A stretch of DNA of 33,792 nt from Macrostomum lignano (Eukaryota). Below the pieces are notes generated by a model. The model had not been told where the DNA came from and made no database searches. It saw nothing but the letters and a program-made list of their open reading frames with translations. Position 1 is the stretch's first letter. Each line of letters opens with the position of its first letter. The stretch covers positions 1-33,792 of the forward strand of contig NIVC01000574.1 in assembly GCA_002269645.1 (NCBI GenBank). The letters are read 5' to 3'. A program made the translations under genes and the position numbers. This document shows, piece by piece, positions 30,946 through 33,792 of this stretch.

Positions 30946-31531
30946 AGATGTCAAGACTTACTTGGGGAATTGCTGAAATATCAAGTCTTAAGGGGGGTCA
31001 AAAGCTACGTGGTTTATTTTAAAAAAATTATTATATTCTTTGTTTGTTCCCTGGCCTACGGGGGCGTAGATATCTAGTCCTGATCACTAAAAGTGTCAAT
31101 ACTTGTCGAAAACTTTCAGCCTAAAATTGTCTGAAGACCTGCTAGTCCAAGTTCTAGTTCTGGGTCGCCTTGAAAGGAGCCACTGTATATCAGTCTATAG
31201 GAGGGGAAAACTGGGGGAAGCCCGGGTTGCGCTCTCAATGAACAGTCAGCATTCCTTCCTATTGGCTAAGTCCGGGGGCATTCGGCATGTGTTTATTAAG
31301 CAACCTCTGTGAACCGATTGGACCACACGAGGCCACCAAGACAGTCTGCTTAAACAAGTTCATTAGAAATCTGAATGGTTGAAGCCATAAGCGGCACTGC
31401 ACTTCATTGTCTCTTGTACAAGGCTGACCGGAGCCTCTTTATACTTATATTCCCAGAGCACGCACAGTAGGATTCCCTTCAATCGATATTGTCTTCTCCA
31501 ACGAGTCAGCAGCGGAGCGAAAATTATTCGC

Positions 31532-31743
31532 ATGTCAACTATGCGTCCGCTGCTGGTGTTGCTCATTTTGCAAGGCCGCTTATCATTGCTGCTTGTTGTC
31601 GAGGCGACCTGCGCGGTTAACAATTCAATTGATGAGGAAGAGATCGTTGGAGCGCTGCTGGACCCGAAACAGTACAACAAAAATCACCGGCCACTGAACA
31701 GATGGACTGGGCAGGCAGCTTCAAACAACAGCGGAACCACCAG
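31532..31743 (+). CDS. Exon 1 of a Cys-loop ligand-gated ion channel subunit (signal peptide and N-terminal helix)
   Basis: Hydrophobic signal peptide, then EEEIVGALLDPKQYNKNHRP (helix/Y..RP motif); donor CAG|GTAATT at 31743/31744, phase 2. Confidence 0.75.
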
Positions 31744-31854
31744 GTAATTGCTCTCTTGACTTTGGCCACTTGTAGCTATTGTTAGTTTTTGTCACCTCTT
31801 TATAAGGCAAGCGCTGGCCAAGGAGGCATGGAGGGTTGGCCCCCATTTTTGGAG

Positions 31855-32725
31855 CTTAAACACTCCCTCTTGAAATTAAACACTCATTTCAGAGCTTAAA
31901 CACTCATTTTAGAGTTTAAATACTCATTTTGGAGTTTAAACCCCATTTCAGAGTTTAAACACTCATTTCAGAGTTTAAACACTCATTTTAGAGTTGAAAA
32001 ACTCATCTCAGAGTTTAAACGCTCATTTCAGAGTTTAAACACTCATTTCAGAGTTTAAACACTCATTTTAGAGCTTAAATACTCATTTTAGAGCTTAAAA
32101 ACTCATTTTTGAGTTTAAACACTCATTTCAGAGTTTAAACCTCATTTTAGAGCTAAAATACTCATTTCAGAGCTTAAACACTCATTTCAGAGTTTAAACA
32201 GTCATTTCAGAGTTTAAACACTCATTTCAGAGTTTAAACACTCATTTCAGAGTTTAAACACTCATTTTAGAGTTGAAAAACTCATCTCAGAGTTTAAACG
32301 CTCATTTCAGAGTTTAAACACTCATTTCAGAGTTTAAACACTCATTTTAGAGCTTAAATACTCATTTTAGAGCTTAAACACTCATTTTAGAGTTTAAACG
32401 CTCTTTTTAGAGTTTAAAACTCATTTTAGAACTTAAACACTCATTTTAGAGCTTAAACACTCATTTTTGAGTTTAAACACTCATTTCAGAGTTTAAACCT
32501 CATTTTAGAGTTTAAACCTCATTTTAGAGCTAAAATACTCATTTCAGAGCTTAAACACTCATCTCAGAGTTTAAACACTCATTTCAGAGTTTAAACAGTC
32601 ATTTCAGAGTTTAAACACTCATTTCAGAGTTTAAACACTCATTTCAGAGCTTAAACACTCATTTTAGAGTTTAAATACTCATTTCAGAGTTTAAACACTC
32701 TTTTTAGAGTTTAAACGCTCATTTT
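31855..32725 (+). repeat. 20-bp intronic minisatellite (AAACACTCATTTCAGAGTTT)n
   Basis: About 40 tandem copies with variants. Confidence 0.95.
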
Positions 32726-32821
32726 AGTAACACCCATTTCACAGATTCAACATTTTATTTGATGCTTTGTTTGGGGCTAAGTTACTCCTTTCAACAATTT
32801 AAACATTTATTTCGGCCACAG

Positions 32822-33149
32822 CACTAAAAATTCGGTACTGATATGCTTCAAGGATTGCTCGGCGGCCACAGACGTGCTGGTGAATCTGCACATTGTGTCA
32901 TTCAGCACCCTGAGCGTGCAGAACATGGACTTCACCGTGAACATCTACTTGCGCATGATCTGGGAGGATGCCCGTTTGGCCTATTCAGCCTCCAATCCTA
33001 ACGCTTCCGTCAGTCTGCACTCGATGAAAGACAAAATCTGGATGCCGGATATCTTCTTTCGCAACGCAAAGCAGGTGGAAAATCATGCTGATCCGGTGCC
33101 CAACATCCTGGTCAAGCTGCGGCCGACGGGGCGCATCTACTTCTCACAG
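32822..33149 (+). CDS. Exon 2 of the Cys-loop channel, anion-channel type (GluCl/GlyR-like)
   Basis: [61 protein letters not shown]. The acceptor ...TTTCGGCCACAG|32822 is phase-compatible with exon 1; donor CAG|GTGAAC at 33149. The 5' boundary is less certain. Confidence 0.85.
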
Positions 33150-33164
33150 GTGAACTCAGCCTGA

Positions 33165-33792
<628 letters not shown>

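Noticed and set aside
28667-31022. RE-rich ORFs (28667-28991) and HHKLETSSQARN ORFs (30443-31022)
   Set aside because: Products of the GA repeat and the 19-bp minisatellite.

Overview
Eukaryotic (animal) genomic DNA. The mix of GC-rich exons, dense mini/microsatellites and a GluCl/GlyR-type channel suggests an invertebrate such as a free-living flatworm (inference only). The left half (1-15920) holds two related Polinton/Maverick (adintovirus-like) elements in the same orientation. Element A (<1-9889) is largely intact: fibre-like gene with repeats, discoidin and L-lectin domains, accessory ORFs, protein-primed PolB, and adenovirus pX-like and pVI-like core genes, ending in ...CCTACTACT. Element B (9890-15920) is decayed: protease, fibre and core pseudogenes, PolB deleted, a solo LTR in its pVI-like gene, and an extra cargo region. 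Both elements end in the same unusual structure: a GCGCCTGCGGCGCGG hairpin, an internal inverted copy of the terminal ~80 bp (AGTAGTAGGTAAAAGTACG...), a C-free or C-poor loop, then the true terminus. The right half is host DNA: several minisatellites, a 5.85-kb satellite with higher-order structure, an intronless GT32 glycosyltransferase gene, a hAT MITE, and two exons of a Cys-loop ligand-gated ion channel. All protein family calls come from motif recognition by eye; no searches were run.
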